The notes under the pieces are model-generated. The model was not told where the DNA came from. It saw only the letters and a list, made by a program, of their open reading frames with translations, and did not search any database. This document shows positions 37,101 through 50,001 of a stretch of 64,000 bases of DNA, piece after piece. Made by a program: the position numbers and the translations under genes. The stretch covers positions 19,978,803 to 20,042,802 of the forward strand of contig OZ316895.1 in assembly GCA_973895155.1 (NCBI GenBank). Direction: 5' to 3'. The stretch comes from Marsupella aquatica (taxonomy: Eukaryota; Plantae; Marchantiophyta). Every line of letters begins with the position of its first letter. The first letter of the stretch is position 1.

Positions 37101-39459
37101 CTCTTGGTTTTGAAAGCTGATATCCTGAAGACAAAGGAGCATTCTATTGGAATATATTGATAGGTATATATCAAGCCTCACACAGAAGATGGAAAAAACA
37201 ATTTTAATTGAATTGGATCACAAGATGAACTTCTCTCACGGTGGTCCAAAATGCTCAGCATTTTTCTTCCTTATGCGGTTGGGAATTGGTGGAGGACAAG
37301 AGTAGTGGGAGCTCCATCACAATGATGTCAATGTGGTATATATATGGTCACTGCATATAATAAAAGTAAAAACTCAAAATTCGTTCCCCTAAAGAGCAAA
37401 ACAGAATGGGAATGGAGTGTTTTAACACAAATGAGTGGTTTAACGAGGAAACTCAACCTCTTCCACATTTGAAACCAAAATGCACAATTAACAAAAGACA
37501 AGGAAATATAATTCTCTTTCATAGAATATAACTATAGGACCTTTAAAATCAGGCTTTAGCACTGCGCTACCTCCATCACCATAGCTTATGGAAGGATATG
37601 GCCACTTTAAGATGTTAAAAGGTACACAAAACCCCTCTCTGATTGCTTCCCAAATTTATACTCTCATTTCTCCTCCTTCTAGTAGTAGTTCACCAAGCCC
37701 ACAAAGATCTTTCGGGACATTATGCGCAGTCCCAACTAGTAAACTGCCGGCAACAGGATTCAATACTCTGGCGATGCGCAACTTGGTATGAATGCTAGTA
37801 GTCTTTGTTTGCCAATGGCGGTACTAAAACGCATGAGAATGGACTTTTACCCTAGAAAGCTGGAAATGAATTCCCCTCTAGACTTCCACAAATTCTTACC
37901 AATCATACATGGTCAAAGATATTTTGGACAACTCTAGAGTTTCATAAGGAAAGAGTTTCATATATTGGATCTCAAGCCACTGCTATCTATGATCCAAGAT
38001 ACAAATCACATGTATTTATGTAGTTTTACTTCCATATCCAAATTCCTCATTGAATCTAATATAGAAGGAAGTAAGTCTCCTTTTATTCACTTAAGGAGCG
38101 ACATTCAAAATATGTCTTAAATAGTTTCCATAATCAATGTCAAAGGGACAATCTCTTCGGCTAAGATATGCAAGAACTAACTTACCTAACTAGTGTATCA
38201 CCCTTCCTTATATAATGCCTCAAGCAAGGATGGTCAAGAGGAAATGAAAAGGTGTAACTTTTCACTCCTTGAAAATCAAAAACTAACTAAAATAAATATT
38301 AAGGATATCCTTGGAAAGATGGAAAGACATACCTCTTCATCCTCCAAAGAAAACTAATATGTAAAACAAAGTAGAACTAATTAAAACTTGATGTAATTAA
38401 ATGCAAATATAACAATCAACTAACATAGACCTGATCAAAAACCAAGAAATCCAACTCCAAAAAAGTCTTGAACTGTGCCAGCAAGTAGATTATACTCCAA
38501 AGATCATGCTTGCAAATTTCCAGCTGAACTGAGGTTCTGGAAAGTTTTCAAATAAATAGGAGCTTTAGTGATATCCTTTTGTAAGTCACCAAATGACTTA
38601 AATGCAATCAAAAAGCTCCAAAAAGTTTTGAAAGTTCCTCATTTCACCATTTCTTCCTCCTTTTTTAAGGATTCTTAGATATGTGGCATAGGAAGGATAG
38701 GCCACTGTCTGGTAAGGATAAACCTTTGATTCCTAGTGAATTATTTTGTTTGTCTTTGAATTAGATTAACATGATTGAGGTGTCTGTCTTACTCATGCAT
38801 CTGCCCTAGGTGATGTCTTTGTAGTTTTGAGGAGAGGCAGAGCAAGAAAGGCTCATACACTCTCAAAAGATATAACAAGGAGCAGTTCTGGAAAGTCCTG
38901 CCACAACATGATTTTGTGTTCACAGTGAAACAGTACCTGCGCCACATGCCACTACTTGACAAGGGGACAAATTAAACTTGACTTGTTCATGGGCGCAATC
39001 ACTAATCCTATTGCCAATGTCCGGTACAATAAGGTACATTACATTTCAAAGGAGAGAGCCAATGCGTGGCCCGTGAACATGCTCAAGCTAGTTGGCTGCC
39101 TACAGAATGATCTGTCCAGCAGTCAATCTGGACGAGTGACTGCTGAGTCCTTAAGGAACTCAAATGCCTTCACACCTCTAATCAGGACCGAGGGTGCGTG
39201 AAAACAGACGGTTGCAGTTGGCAAGAGCTCCCAGAAGTAGTAAAGGTATGTATTGTTGTGTGTGATTATGATTTTGTTTGATGTGTCAATCCTGTTTTCC
39301 TACCTCAATGCAAAATACATGAAATATAATGAAATCAATTTTGTTTTAAACCAGCCAAGTGCACCCCTTCAATAAACGTGTTCTAACCTGCCACTTGATC
39401 ATGGGTCCAAAATATTTGCAAAACTGTCAACACCTTGCAATGGGGCTTAACTCTCCCTT

Positions 39460-41930
39460 AGAGTCTGTTAAATTCACCACTTATGCCCCTTCTTATCGTT
39501 GTCCGGGTTCTTTGGACGGGCGAATAATAGGACATGAAGTCTCTTCCTCCTTAACTCATTACTTTCTCACTCACACACCCAATTGGGTAGTTTTATTTCC
39601 ACCGCTGGAAAGATAACCTCGAAGGGTGGCTATCGCTCCCACGCTTCCCCACTGGAAAGCACTCGCACAAATCCGCTTCCGATCTCAACACGACAAGCAT
39701 GCACCCACAGTCAAGCAGTCCCTGTAGACTCTTAATAGTGCCGTCACACATGAGGGTCCCCTGCTTCCTTTCCGGAGGAGGTCAGGACTGTCACCTTCTA
39801 TCACAACAAGACAAGTACTAGTCCTATTCTCATCCACACACTTCCAGCTTCCCCTCTCTGGTGTTGCGTCGCTGTCGAGTCTACATACATACTTACTAGA
39901 TTCATATTTCACTAGACAGCAACATCAAGCCTGAGGTTTACACACAAGCCTTTACTATAGGAAATAATACAAGTTCAGATCACAACGTCTCCCTTGATCC
40001 TCTCCTGGCTCCCCATCTAGTGGACTAGCTCTCTGGCCATCCTTCCTAGTGCATCAAGCTCATGTTGTTGCCCTCCAAGGAAGAGCCCCGCCCCCAAGCT
40101 CTCAGCCAAGAAGATGACCCCTTGAACAAGTGAGGAGGCAGCCCCCTAATTCTCCTCTTTATTCAAACACCCCAGGGCTCCAAACCAAACCCACGCCAAA
40201 CCAAACCAAGCCTAAGGTGCTAACTCAGGTTAGTAGTTACCGCGAACTTAACCCAAGTGTAACTACTTTCCCGCTAAAGTTTAACCCGGGTTAAGTTTCT
40301 ATTTTACCACAGGTTAACTTAACTACAAGGTCCAGCACTCTGGTTTCCACAGAAGACCTTAACAGCGGCAACCTCTCGGTGAGACGAGTAACCAGGGTAG
40401 CCCCTTGGTAACTCTTACAACTAACCGAGTCGTAAACAGTGGTGGACCTTCTCAACGCCCTTACCAATCCCAGCACTCACGCCTAAGTGCCCTTGGTGCC
40501 CGAACGCCTCCACGGAATACCTTGAGCAAGTAAACTAGTGCCCCTTGCACCGCCAGCGGCCCCTCCCATACGAAGCCGCACTTGCTCTCTAACATGACCG
40601 CTACTCAACGGTTCTCCCTATCTGCACAAGCAACCAAGCACCTCGGTAAGTAACCCTTCAGGATCTAGAACTCGCCAAGTCTAGCATCCTACTCAAGCTC
40701 AATAGACATTGGTAAATAGGTCAACGATAGGTCCTCCCGATGCCATAAGCCGGAACCAGAACTCACGCCCACTGTTTGTCCAGAACAGCTCCTTCCTTGG
40801 GCGTGGCTTGGGTTCCCCCTCGTACCTATCCATCACCAACTGACCGCCCTGACCCTAGGACATGCTCATGGCCCAAATAGCGTAGCTTGTTCTAAAGCTT
40901 GTCCCAAGCTTGTCCCAACACGTCGGGACCATAATGGCCCCGATCCTAGAATCCACTCCCGGTTCACCTCACTGATGGTCTAGGGGCCAAACACTCTTGG
41001 GACTCAACCTCCACACCTACTTGGCCTTGCCTCCCCAACGCAAGTACCCTTGGGAGACTGAACGCGGCTTGGCTGCTGTTCGACAGGATTTGGCAAGCGG
41101 GCGAGTTAACACCTGCAAACCCTGATACCCCAAGGTACCTCTGGACCTAGTTGAGCTCAAGAGGGCGTAGCCCTCAAGAGCTTTCCAACGCACCCAAGAA
41201 GTACTCCAACGGACTTCCCGTTGGGAAGGTATCGCCATTTCCGTTTGGTGGTTTCCCTTAGTGTCGCGACCGCCGCGACTCACGACTTCGGCTCGCCCTT
41301 AGCCCCTTGGGAGACACCACTCCCCTCGTATATGTTTCTGGAGACCTACCACCCCCGGACCAGTTTTGGTCCCTAAACGTACATTTGACCCCCAACCCGG
41401 AACCTATCTCGCATAATGGGCACGCCACCAACTGGCAACGCCCATAACTTTCTCGTTAGGCATCCGCAAGCGGAGTGCCTTAGCCCGTTGTGATCGGACC
41501 GACCCAGTGCTCATGCCTAGGCCCTCAGGTCTCATCGCCACTCGAGGCCCCCGACCGGCCCAACCCGGATCGGGCCCTAACTTGCGCCCCAAGCGTCCGT
41601 TGCCCATTGCGTCAACTCCATTGGCCTTGGGCCCAAGAGGAGCTCACACTCAAGCCCTCAGAACTCAAAGTCCATCCGGAGGTCCAGACGGCCATCCTTG
41701 AGCCCGGCCCATTTCCCCTTGACCTGACCAGCTATCAGCTAGTCCAAGTCCTTAGTGTGTGTCCCCAGCTTGGCTCCTTGCCTCGCTAGTGCCACGTCTC
41801 ATTGCCCACAAGTCTCCCCATGCTAAGTCCTATCCGGGCCTGGACCATAAGGGAGTTCGGCGTCAGAGTCAGCGACGTCGGAGCTAAGTGTTAAGGTAGT
41901 CGAGTTCCGCGACTTAAACTGACTGGAACA
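39460..41930. mobile_element. GC-rich non-coding block resembling a long LTR fragment of an unidentified retrotransposon
   Basis: Abrupt compositional shift, no credible ORF, and an LTR-like ccccctaattctcctctttat motif at about 40140. Termini and TSD were not identified. Confidence 0.35.
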
Positions 41931-42425
41931 CAATATTTCTCACGGTAACAACTCCAAGCTCAGCCTACAACTGAGGATTAATATGTCACTGAGTTTCGGG
42001 TTATCATTGAGTCTCGGGTTTTGCCGCTGAGACTCGGGTTACCGCAGAAGTACATGTCAGCTTTTACACAATTGTAAACTTACCCGAATAGTACAACTAC
42101 CGCTTGAGTTGGTTCCAACTAGAATGCTGGCATTAGCAGTTATTCTATGGCTACTGTGCAAGTGCAAGGCCAAGCTATCTAGCAACAACTCATCATATAC
42201 CAGCACCCATCAAGTGTTGGGCTTCATAATAGCCCGACAACTTATTACAAATAGTGGTTTTCAAGCCTTCATGAAAACTCCTTAGCACATCCTATTGGGA
42301 TAAAAAAAACAGTCTCCCGGGCCTCCATGAAGTCGAGGCACCCCTGCTGGGCCCTCCCCTGGTCTCCCTGGTCCCCCTGCTGGCCTCGAACCGGCTCCAA
42401 AAGTCCCTCAAACCCGGTTGCAGGA

Positions 42426-43574
42426 TGTTGTTTCAGTTTAGTTAGAGTTGTTGTGAGCTATTCAAATGAAAAGTTCAGATAGCCTTACTAACCACAATAG
42501 TAAAACTCCAAGGTCTCAACTTCGATCAGCCAACTCATAGCAACAAGCTAAGCAGCGAACACCATAGCAACAAGCTCAATTAAACACAAACTCCTTTGGA
42601 GCTTCGAACTTAAATCGAGCCTCTTCAGTAACAACACAGCAGCACTTGACAGCAGCGAGCTCCTAAGTGGCACCAAGCTCTCAGCATCAAGTAGCAAGAT
42701 CAAGCTCTTCTTTCATCAACGCAACACCTAGTTAGCAGCAAGCTCTATTCAATACATGCTCAGTACTACGCTCATCTCCAGCAGCTTGAAGCTGCTCACT
42801 AATCCTAGCAACAAAAGCTCTTTGGTAGAGTAATCAACAATTCAATTCAATTGCAAATGGCAGCACTGCAGCAGCGAGGCTCAATTGAACGGCAGCATTG
42901 AGTCTCCATCCACCCAATCCACACCCAACCATCTCCTTATCTCCCTGTGCCTGAAATCAACCTCCTTGTGTGTGCTCTTCGAGTTTCATGAGTCAACTCA
43001 ATTTGTATTATGGAAGGAGTTGATTCTGCTTAATTGCACCTGGCTGCCATCCTGCTTGAATTTTGTTGTTTCCCCATCACTGCTACGTAGTTTTCTTTTG
43101 AAATCTTGTCCTTATGAAAAGGGCTTAGGTGGTGACACCTGGCCTTTTTCACTAACCCTCATAGCATTATTTCCTTGTATTCCATTACTCCTACGGTATC
43201 CCATTTGAGTATACTTATAAAGGGATCCCGGTTTCGTAAATCTCCAATAGTGTGCTTGGACCTTCGTTTTACTTGAATTGTTGCTAGTGAGTTCCTTGAA
43301 CCTAAAACTAACTACCTACTAAATTTCTAGCTCTAACTCTATTCTGAGACTTTTATCTAATTCTGCTAAGTCGACCATCTTTTTTATTTACGGTCAATTT
43401 TATTTAAACTACTAATGTTAACCTAATAAATTCTAACCTAACTTGTCTTTTCCTAACTCAGTTCGGCAACCCATACTAAATCATCTTGGCCCCCTACCAC
43501 TTACTATTCATCTCTTTGTTCTCCTAACCCTAATTTATTGCTAACCATGGTTATTTCTAACTGCAGTTACATCA
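42426..43574. mobile_element. Possible solo LTR or LTR fragment
   Basis: An agcagc/aagctc-rich segment followed by a ctaa-rich segment that ends ...gcagttacatca. No matching TSD. Confidence 0.3.
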
Positions 43575-43932
43575 TTTTAACTCTAGTTAAACAACTATTA
43601 CTAAATTTGGCATCCGAAAAAAACATCATGCATGCATGTCATCCTCCACATTGTGCATTGGAAATGCGTTTGGGGAGTGGTCTGGTACCTGATCTTTTTA
43701 GGAGCACTCGGTTGAGAGAATTGAACAATTTCCTTTGCAGAGTTTCCAGCTGAGTTTAGTGCACTTAGTTGGCAAACTCTTGGCAAGGGTCAGTCCAGTT
43801 GGCAGTCTTTCATCCATTGCAAGGAGTAACAAATTTCATTTGAAAAGGGATCACAATAGCAAATAGAATGGCATCACCATAGTGATATTGTTTCTAGCAT
43901 TTCAATTTTAATAGATGTTTTTGAGAACTTGA

Positions 43933-44545
43933 AGCCCGGATGGACAGTCTTGTTTGCCAAACTTCTCGTATACCCACTCAAATATACTTTAGCAACCCAA
44001 ATGAACTGCAGCCAAATCCTCTTTTCTGCTCACATAGTACATACTACACCTAGAAGTGAAATGTGACAAGCTAACAAGACAATCATCTTTGGAAATCTGT
44101 AGATCGCTCAAAACTCAATGAAGCTTGGATGATTACATGGGGCTCAATGGAAAGATCTTTCTAAGCAGATTCTAACAAGCCCAAAAAATTAAGCTTCCAC
44201 TGGGTATTGAGAGAGATACTAAACGTCAAAGGTAACTCAAAACTTCCAAAAGGGGTTGGTGTGGACAGTATTCTTAAGAAATTTACATCACTTTCAATTT
44301 TTCATCAAAACTAGATTTCCTTGGAATTCATCAAAACTAGATTTAACAGACTGGTTTGAAAGATATTGTCAAACCTTTCCTAACTAGCCCAAGCCTCTCC
44401 TATTCTGTTGATAGAGGACATTATTGAAGGTCAAACTTTGCTCTTGAAAAAGTTTTCGGGACTGACACACGAAGGGTGTCAAATGAGTGATGTAAAAGAT
44501 GTCACTATCCATGGGGTTTGCAAGGTTCACTGACTCTGTCCATGG
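43933..44545 (+). mobile_element. Non-autonomous TIR element (PIF/Harbinger-Tourist-like)
   Basis: Left end TGA|AGCCCGGATGGACAG, right end ...ctgtccatgg. The interior (agtgaaatgtgac...aacaagacaatca.cttt) is homologous to 48840 onward. Confidence 0.6.
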
Positions 44546-45981
44546 CACCCATCATTCTCCAGTTTGGAACAAAATCATAGAGGCCTGTAAAACTGCCAAA
44601 GTTTAAACCTGCTACAGAAAATAAAACAAGAAGTTCATTCAGGATATTTGACAGATTATACTATAAGTAAACAAGACAGGGGATTAAGGCAACCGACAGA
44701 ACACTATACGAACTTGCAGGACTAAGCATTGCTCTGATACAGAAATGCTTTCCTGGTGAGAGCTATATAAAGTTGTGGACAATTCAACATCAGAAAAGTT
44801 AGAATTGAACTCAATAATTTTCCTAAAGAGGGTGTGGTTGGGAGGAGGATTTGTAGTTTTATTCTGTGCTGGGGTGTTCCACAAACAATTTAGATTTACA
44901 GGGAGAAAGGCGGGGATTTGGCATGTTCTCCCTACCATTTCACTCGACAGCAAGTGTTTCCTGGTTTGCGTTATTTCACGCACAAAGTTGATCAAGAAAG
45001 AGCTTGAAATGGGTGACAGAAGCCTGCGAAAAAGTTCAGTGAGACAATTTCGTGGTGCTATTCAACCGTGCAAACCTTCCTAAGCAAATTTTCTCACTTG
45101 CTTGTAAATAGGATCCACATCGAGATTGAACAATTTTACCGTTTCGACTGTGTGGTCTTTCATTCATTGCTCGAGATGAGTATTTCGTTTTCTTTCATGC
45201 TCAACTGGCAGGACCCTGTTCGCCATTCGACCTTTGAGTAAACAAGTTACAATATGCGAAGATTCAGTCTCTACTTCATGAATAAACCTGTCAAAATCGA
45301 AGCGGTCTCTCCCTATATATAATTGTCTCGAGTCCTTCCACTGCTGCAATGAATCATTTTAATTCTTCCCACATAAATTATTTAGTAGCCAGAGACTACG
45401 TAATATTCGTCTTTCCTCCTCTCCTGTTACAACCCATGCCAATTCATGCTTCCACTCTCACATGATCGTGACTTACCCTTCCACAACCTTCCAATTTATC
45501 CACTCCAGAGACACGGCAATCCCTACATTCTGTGTCCAGCTTGATGAAAAGGTTTGTCAAGCTCTGCCGAATACTTTCGCCCAATGTCACCTGTCTGTGG
45601 ACTCCAACAAATTATCTAACCACCTTGTTTCTCTCCATCATTTTCCAGAAATACTGTTCAACTCTGTAATTAAACAGGGGATAGCTACGGAACTGTTCAA
45701 GCCTTTAAAACCCGTGGAGATTTTTCAGACGGTCAGCGCTTGCTGTTTTATTTTTCTGAATTTCTAATTCAGAGGTTCAATTTTCTTCAGAATACTCTTG
45801 CAGACATGCTTCGTCATAATACACTTGCTCAGCGGAAGAACCCGCATCCATGACTTGGACTCCGATAAGAAAACACAGCAGACAATGCAGGATAATTGAA
45901 AAACGAGCCCCTCTTTAAAGAGTGTGTCCGACACGATGTGTATGTTACAAAGAAAATAGTCGACTAATAGTACAAGAATGA

Positions 45982-48058
45982 TCAAGCTCCGGGAACAAAG
46001 CTGGTGGCATAGGCCCAGGCGTTGTTGCTAACGGGATCGGAGAGGTGATCCAAAAGGTTCTCAACAGGTCCCTTTCCGGTGACAATGGCTTGAACAAAGA
46101 ATCCAAACATAGAGAACATGGCGAGTCTTCCATTCTTGAGCTCCTTCACCTTCAGCTCGGCGAAAGTATCTGGGTCACTAGCCAAACCCAAGGGGTCGAA
46201 GTACTTGCCTCCGGGGTACAATTCTCCTCCCTCTCCCACTCCGGGAAGACCGTTCTGGCGGTATCCCTCAACCAAACCCATGAGCACGACCTGGACGGCC
46301 CAAACTGCGAGGATGCTCTGAGCGTGCACCAGGTTGGGGTTTCCCAAATAATCCAAACCTCCCTCGCTGAAGATCTGGGATCCGGCCTTGAACCACACAG
46401 CCTCCTTGAGCTCCACACGGGAGTATTTCACGAGCAACTCTGGAAGGACACAGCCCAAGGCTCCGAGCATTGCCCATCTGCTGTGGATGAGCTGAAATTG
46501 AACCAAACACACATGGAAAGGCTTAATCGAAGGAACAATCAGACAAAACCTGTACACCCAACTACTATCACCACATGTCTACCGAAGTCTGATCTTTGGC
46601 CTGTGCAATGATTGCATGCAAGAAACAAATAAAGAAACAAAGGTCGACGACAATTCGTGATCTTCACATCACATGCCTCAGGATCTCAAGCTTATTGTGC
46701 ACCTCTCAAGCCATCTTCTGGCCATCTCTGGCTTACAAAAATGGTACATTCACGTGTTTTGGGTGTCAAGAAGTAAATAAACTGAGCGTCTCCGGCTCAA
46801 TCAACAATGACGAACACAATGATTAACTGTAAACCATGGTGAAGTTGGAGACCGAAATATTGACACGCTGACACTCACTCTCTGCCTGTAGAATATGGCA
46901 ATCGGGTGTACAATAAAGCAAAAGACAAATGACTGGCTAAGGACGCCTGGCCAATATGTATGACGGGAGAAGACGAACAAATCCGCTAACAAACAATAAG
47001 GAGGGCTCATATAACCAGGCAGGGAATGAAGTACAAAAGGAGACGGGAACGAGACATTACCTCCAAAGCACGGTTCTTGGCGAAAGACTCGGGATCGGCA
47101 GAGAGCCCAGCAGTGTCCCAGCCGTAGTCACCTGGAAACTCGCCCTTCAAGTAAGAGGGAGTCTGGGCGGAGAAGGGGCCCAAAAATTTGGGTCTGTCTG
47201 GGCCATACCAGAAGTCAGCATCCTGCACACAGAAAGAGCCATAGCTAAGGCATAAGGCAACACGAGCTGCCTAAGTAGAATCCGCACTTTGACTTTTCCT
47301 AACACACACGACAATTTGAGTTCTCTCACTTTAAGGGTATTATCTACCCATTCCTAACTAGCAAATTTTACATGATGTATTGCTTCCCGCGATAACTCTA
47401 CATAATAGTTGCAAGACATCCCGGCTCTAACAATCAATGTCATTTCCACCCTACCGATCCAAGTCCCAAATTACCCTTTCCATGGATCCATTACTGACGA
47501 CCTCCAGCGTATTCAAGTCTGTCAATGGCCACCAAGCCTACTCGCACCGACGACCCGGCCAGAAAATCCTACTCATTCGAGTCCTCTCCGTGGGAAAACA
47601 ACTTCACCCATGTACCAACACTTCTCCATTACTTTGCTTTAGAGTATTTCGCTTCCTGTCATTAATTAACACAAGAACAAGACCTACACCTCTACCAAAT
47701 TCAGAAACTGAGAGCTCAATTTATTGGTCAGCTCCCAGATGCCGGCCAAGGGTCTGCCCTTTAACGTCCCCTCGCAACAGCGAACCCCCACACCCCTGAG
47801 ATATGGACCACAAATGACCCTACACTGAGACAAATGATCCCTTCGAGAAAGGCATTCTGTCGACAAAGAAACAACTCAATGATGTACCACAATCACATTA
47901 CAATTGACGACTCCCCTACGCCAAGAAACACTTACCATGGAGACACGGGCCTTGCAGAGGGTGACGCGATCCCTGAGAGCATTCTGGGGTGCTGGTGCAG
48001 CACCCAAGAAAGCCGATCGGCTCACAACATTGGTGGAGAGTAGTGAAGTGGCCGCCAT
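45982..48058 (-). CDS. LHCB3: Light-harvesting chlorophyll a/b-binding protein Lhcb3 with transit peptide; exons 48058-47936, 47222-47061, 46491-45982 (264 aa)
   Basis: [101 protein letters not shown] and a terminal PGA are Lhcb3-type signatures. Introns are phase 0 with GT/AG ends. Confidence 0.93.
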
Positions 48059-48229
48059 AGCTGAAGCAAGCAAGAAGCTCTAATCAATCAATCACAGGAA
48101 GCACGCGAAACGTGATGGATTCTACGAGAAATTGGAATGAACGTCCAAATTCCTCCTGTACAACACCAGTCTAACCTTGCCCAAGCCTGAGAGCGGGAGG
48201 GGGATTATACTCATGATGAAACGAGTGGA

Positions 48230-48325
48230 CGGATAAAGTGCTCCAAAGCAAAATCTCTGAGAGGCGAACCTATTGGTGGGTGCACCATCCATCCAATCTC
48301 TTGAGCAGGGGTTCTGGCCAATCAG
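48230..48325 (-). promoter_or_regulatory. Putative Lhcb3 proximal promoter with CCAAT and GATA/I-box-like motifs
   Basis: GGATAA at 48231 and CCAAT on both strands (about 48272, 48293, 48318), 170-260 bp upstream of the ATG; typical of cab promoters. Confidence 0.4.
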
Positions 48326-48839
48326 ATGGTCTCTTTGCTCTCCCAGAATCACCACTTGTCCCTGATTTTGGCTGACAAATGGATTTGCAAGCCGGGCCCG
48401 GCACTCTGTACGAGAACATAGAAAACATTTACGCCAAAACGGAGAAGGGAAAAGTCCCTATCCTATGCTAGTTTATAGGATCGTTTCATTGTAAATTGGC
48501 GAATCTGAAGAAATGATGTACCTCCGCCTTCGCCAAACCCTTGTGATTTTAAATGTTCCTTCGAAAAGGGCAAATTTATCTAAATGGGCCGAAAAAGAAT
48601 AAGAAGGAGTAAAAGCAAATGAGATCGAGAGAGGATAAATTACAAAGTCAAAAGAAGAGGATAGATTCAAACCCCCCAAAAACTAGAAAAGTGAAGTATA
48701 TTATCAGATAACGATCTACTGTACCACTTCCAATAGTGTGATGGGCTACCAGAACACATCTAGTGTGGTAACTAAATTTGCAAGTGGAAGGTGGATGACC
48801 TATAGTAGCTCTAATTTTTTCTCAGATGATACTTTATTG

Positions 48840-49281
48840 TGTAGGAGTGAAATGTGACTGAAAACAAGACAATCACCTTTGAAAATTTGTAAATATCTCA
48901 ATTTGTAATGAGAATTGGCCATTCAACTCCTTGAAAAGATAGTTCCACAGGCCAAGACTAGCAGATTCCATTGCAAATCAAGGGAGAAATTGAAGTTCAA
49001 AGTTTGTTGATAAAAACTTTTTGAAACAGAAAAAATGGTCCAGTGAGTGATGGGGTAATCTTTGGAAATCCACAGTTCTCTCATTTCTTATGAAAGTTGA
49101 ATTATTTGTTTTCAAACCTTCCATTTCCAACAAACCCAGGAACAGCAATTCTGCTGCATATCAAGAGAGAAATTGAACATCTAGTTTCTGATCAAAATGG
49201 AAGAGCATGAGCAAGTGATAGTGTGAAGGATGTCACGGCCTGTTGGGATTATATGGTTCACGAGCTCAGTCCTATCGAGCT
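48840..49281 (+). mobile_element. Second copy of the Harbinger-like non-autonomous element, with an internal ~185-bp subrepeat
   Basis: Homologous to the segment from 44050. Right end ggttcacgagctcagtcctatcgagct|TCA; atcaag.gagaaattgaa occurs twice. Confidence 0.6.
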
Positions 49282-49790
49282 TCAGATTCTAAATTGCAAG
49301 AAAAAAAACTATCAATTTTGGGGGCTATTTTTAGTGGAAGCTGAACTTGTATAAACCATCAGCTTTGACAAGATGCTTGAATAAATGATCCGTGACAATG
49401 ATGAAACATTACTTTTCACGCCTGCTTAGCTTTGTATAAAATTCACCTTTCAGTTGATTATCTAAGTAATGTTTGCCATTGTAAACAAAAAATGTTTACC
49501 CTCGATGTCAAAAGTGCTCAGTCTATCGAGTAAACCACAGCGGTCCATCCAAGCATCAATTTTAGTTTAAAAATATTTGGAAAACATGAAAACAGCCCAA
49601 ATAGAGGATGGTTCATCATGATGAAACATGATCTATTTAAATGCAAGCATAAAGGTATCCGAATCTAATACCTCCATGTGGTGTTCTGGGTTAAAAGGTA
49701 ATAGTGCTTCAATCATTCTAGTAATTCACTACTGAAAGCTACTTTGAAAGCCTACTGTCTAGAGTAAAGCCTCTAGACCTGAACTTCTCA

Positions 49791-50001
49791 TGGCATAATT
49801 GAAAGTGAGGGTGAAGATTAAAACAGAGGGGCGAGATGAACTGGAAACAACTCCAACTAGGGCATAACTAAGAGTAAGGGTGCAGACAAAAAATAATAGA
49901 GAAGGGGGAGAGATGAAAAATAAACAGTCAAGGGCATAACTAAAAGTGAGGATGCAGACAAAAATAAGAGAAGGGGCAGAGATGAAAAAGAACCAGTCAA
50001 G
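49791..50001. repeat. Degenerate ~70-bp tandem repeat x3
   Basis: ggcataa.t..aagt.agg.tg.aga...aaa...aga.gggg..gagatgaa occurs three times. Confidence 0.85.

Noticed and set aside
38389-43574. TGATGTAA...TTACATCA as the two ends of one 5-kb LTR-type insertion
   Set aside because: The flanks (AAACT versus TTTTA) do not form a TSD and the interior is compositionally heterogeneous.
43930-49284. Single composite (Pack-type) transposon carrying Lhcb3 between outer inverted termini
   Set aside because: The flanking trinucleotides differ (TGA versus TCA) and the left copy has its own right terminus near 44545, so these look like independent insertions.
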